DNA of 32,792 nucleotides from Clostridia bacterium (GTDB lineage Bacteria; Bacillota; Clostridia; Christensenellales; CAG-314): NCBI GenBank assembly GCA_017407305.1, contig JAFQWS010000040.1, positions 1 to 32,792 of the forward strand, read 5' to 3'. Shown piece by piece: positions 30,994 to 32,792 of this stretch (position 1 is its first letter; each line of letters starts with the position of its first letter). The notes under the pieces were generated by a model. It saw only the letters and a program-made list of their open reading frames with translations, ran no database searches and was not told where the DNA came from. The position numbers and the translations under genes were made by a program.

Positions 30994-32151
30994 ATGGCAA
31001 AAAAATCTACCTCTCAAACTGAAACAATAACCCCCGACAAAATCGTGCAAAAAGACTCGTCCAGCGTTTTGGTCTTTTTTGCTGTTTTGGTGTTGGGCAT
31101 TGTGACGGCACTCGTCATTTTGTTCAACAGCCGACCTACGCAACTCAAACTGACAACGCAAGACCTTGTCAGTGTCGGGCAAAAAGCAACCTTTACCTTG
31201 GAACAGGGTAAATTTGAAATTCAAGATGGCGAAAAGTATTCGTGGTACGTTGACGACCAAAAGCAAGGCGAAGGCATCTTTCAAAAGGGAAAACCTTTGA
31301 CAATTGACCTTGTTGCCAATCGCGAAGGACAAGGCAAATTGACAGTAAAAGGACAAAAGTGGCATGCTACTGCCAATTACGTTGCAACAAAGCCAAACGT
31401 TGTCATTTCTTTGCCCCAAACGCAATGCGTCTATGGCGACAAAATTCCCCAAATGAACTACACCGTCACAGGTTTGCCCAAAGGCAAGACTTTAGACTTT
31501 GACGGAAAAATTGTACCCACCAAAGAAATAAATGGTGCAGGTGTCTATCAACTTGGCTTGGACAAGCAATACGACAAACAAGACTACAACGTGTCCGTCC
31601 AAAATGGAACTTTGTTTGTTGCACCTCGCCCGCTTACTGTTAAACAAGGCAATTTTTCCAAAACGTATGATGGAGGCGACAAAATGTATTGCAATGACGT
31701 TCAGCTGGAAGGTGTCATGGAAGGTGATGACGTCTGCTTAAAAGACGGATGTCTCTATTTTTGTGATAAAAATGCCGGCACAAGCAAAGAGCTTTGCGTT
31801 GACAAGATGCAACTTTCGGGCAAAGATGCCAAAAACTATTGCTTGTCTCAAGAACAAACTGCAAAAGGACGCATTTTAAAAAAGATTATCACGGTTGAAG
31901 ACACCATGGTGGATGACAAGTGGTATGACGGAACAAAAAGTGCAACCATAAATCAAATGGGAACGCTCAACGGCGTTTGCGACGGTGATTTTGTAGGCAT
32001 TGGTTCGTGCAGAGCGCAATACAAAACTCCGTCCACAGGCGCAAATAAAGACGTGCAAATCGACAATGTGTCACTTGTCGGCCGTGACAAAGACAACTAC
32101 CTTGTTTTGCCCTACACAATCAAAGGCAACGTCAACGAGCACAAAGGTTAA
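30994..32151 (+). CDS. Signal-anchored surface protein with MBG/YDG-type repeat domains
   Basis: RBS aggaga. N-terminal TM segment (VLVFFAVLVLGIVTALVILF). VYGDKIPQMNYTVTGLPKG is the YGX type. LTVKQGNFSKTYDGG..LEGVMEGDDVCL..DKNAGTSKEL..LSGKDAKNYCL and ITVEDTMVDDKWYDGT..LNGVCDGDFVGI..GANKDVQI..LVGRDKDNYLV match the YDG/MBG domain signature of adhesin-associated repeats. Confidence 0.65.
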   Translation: MAKKSTSQTETITPDKIVQKDSSSVLVFFAVLVLGIVTALVILFNSRPTQLKLTTQDLVSVGQKATFTLEQGKFEIQDGEKYSWYVDDQKQGEGIFQKGKPLTIDLVANREGQGKLTVKGQKWHATANYVATKPNVVISLPQTQCVYGDKIPQMNYTVTGLPKGKTLDFDGKIVPTKEINGAGVYQLGLDKQYDKQDYNVSVQNGTLFVAPRPLTVKQGNFSKTYDGGDKMYCNDVQLEGVMEGDDVCLKDGCLYFCDKNAGTSKELCVDKMQLSGKDAKNYCLSQEQTAKGRILKKIITVEDTMVDDKWYDGTKSATINQMGTLNGVCDGDFVGIGSCRAQYKTPSTGANKDVQIDNVSLVGRDKDNYLVLPYTIKGNVNEHKG

Positions 32152-32556
32152 TGCAAATTGCATTGTTGTGCTTTCTAAATTTCAATCCAAAGAAATTGCT
32201 ATAAAGCAAATTGGCAAAAGCTTCTGCATTATTTTGTTTCCCCCAAAAAATGCACGCAACCAATATGCCAATTTACAACGAGATTTGCTTTGAATCAACT
32301 ACAACGGGTAACACAAACAACCAAAGGACAAACAATTCGGTGTTGCGCCACACAAAATCAAGGGAACGCAACCAATTCAAAAAGTAAACCAACAAACTCA
32401 AAATCAACGTTTGCTTTGTTTCTTTTGCCTTTGAAGTTGTTATTAAACTTTGTTTTTGTGCACCAAACCCTTTGTTGGTGTGCAAAAAATGGCAACTACA
32501 AAACGATTTATTTGCTTTTTGCAAAACAATGCAACAAAAAAAGCCTTTTCAAATAG

Positions 32557-32584
32557 TTGAAAAGAATGTGCAAAACGATATATT
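32557..32584 (+). promoter_or_regulatory. Promoter-like element reading toward the structured element at the window end
   Basis: TTGAAA (32557-32562), a 16-nt spacer, then TATATT (32579-32584). No credible ORF follows within the window. Confidence 0.35.
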
Positions 32585-32654
32585 GGTTAAAACAAACAAA
32601 ATTTAAAAACGAGCCTTGTCCCAATCGAAAGGCACAAAAAAAGCACACCAATTA

Positions 32655-32792
32655 GCGTGTTATCCTTAACGGAGAACACGCAGCGATATAAATCCCTCGT
32701 GGGATTTGCGATATTCCCTAACGGGAGCGATATTTGCTACGCAAACGATATGCCCTGCGGGGCGTGAAGGGATTTATATCATATCGCACCGA
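32655..32792 (+). ncRNA. Cluster of five short hairpins punctuated by a repeated GCGATAT heptamer. It may be a structured RNA leader, an ncRNA or a DNA hairpin element, and it is truncated by the window edge.
   Basis: H0 is GCGTGTT..tcc-ttaac-gga..AACACGC (32655-32681). H1 is aaatccc-tcgt-gggattt (32690-32707). H2 is tccc-taac-ggga (32715-32726). H3 is tttgc-tac-gcaaa (32733-32745). H4 is gccc-tgcg-gggc (32752-32763). (G)CGATAT precedes H1-H4 at 32683, 32708, 32727 and 32746, with an inverted copy at 32781-32787. The distal agggatttatat (32768-32779) can pair with 32686-32697 in competition with H1. Confidence 0.35.

Noticed and set aside
32273-32556. Overlapping ORFs of 83 aa (-) and 88 aa (+) in the right-hand intergenic region.
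   Set aside because: They are mutually overlapping on opposite strands, with a non-ATG start and no RBS for the - strand ORF. The sequence is A/C-rich and low-complexity, and no motifs are present. Most likely non-coding.
32683-32787. CRISPR array or tandem repeat, suggested by the periodic GCGATAT units.
   Set aside because: The units are only 18-25 nt in total with a 7-nt repeat, far below CRISPR repeat and spacer sizes. The intervening segments are themselves mini-hairpins rather than unique spacers, and no cas genes are present.

Overview
The window is about 32.8 kb of low-GC, Firmicutes-like DNA with a strong TTG/CAA codon preference. Almost everything from 6.7 kb onward is on the + strand.

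Left end (1-5.9 kb), housekeeping or envelope genes:
- a 5'-truncated unknown protein coupled to a LepB-type signal peptidase I
- a PRC-barrel-like protein
- an SPFH/YdjI-like protein with C-terminal zinc ribbons, followed by a double zinc-ribbon membrane protein
- a DUF1858-like small protein
- a small polytopic membrane transporter-like protein

An unusually long (~0.9 kb) AT-rich non-coding region follows, containing two perfect DnaA boxes. It leads into the dominant feature, an ~18 kb co-directional block (6746-24904).

This block encodes eight paralogous proteins. Seven share an N-terminal TM segment followed by a (T/V)xA-W-F motif, which is a SipW-cognate, TasA/camelysin-type signal peptide; the eighth keeps only a degenerate form of it. 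Six of the eight, plus more diverged forms in the 205-aa and giant proteins, share a C-terminal phi-W-phi-E-G-x-D-x-x-C block. One paralog is a 3138-aa giant with beta-helix-like and BspA-type LRR arrays. The block also carries two archaeal-type (S26B, SipW-like) signal peptidases. I read it as a multi-subunit TasA-like fibre or pilus system (major subunit, minor subunits, an uncleaved anchor-like variant, a giant adhesin) that is not, to my knowledge, described.

Three translationally coupled genes sit directly downstream of the second sipW, probably in the same operon:
- a membrane-anchored McrB-family AAA+/GTPase
- a nuclease-less coiled-coil partner
- a membrane-anchored protein made of four ~117-aa basic repeats

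This is an atypical, membrane-tethered McrBC-like module. The right end holds a small membrane protein, an MBG/YDG-domain surface protein, and a promoter-like element feeding a dense nest of short hairpins that runs off the window.

All functional calls are motif recognition by eye. No database search was possible.
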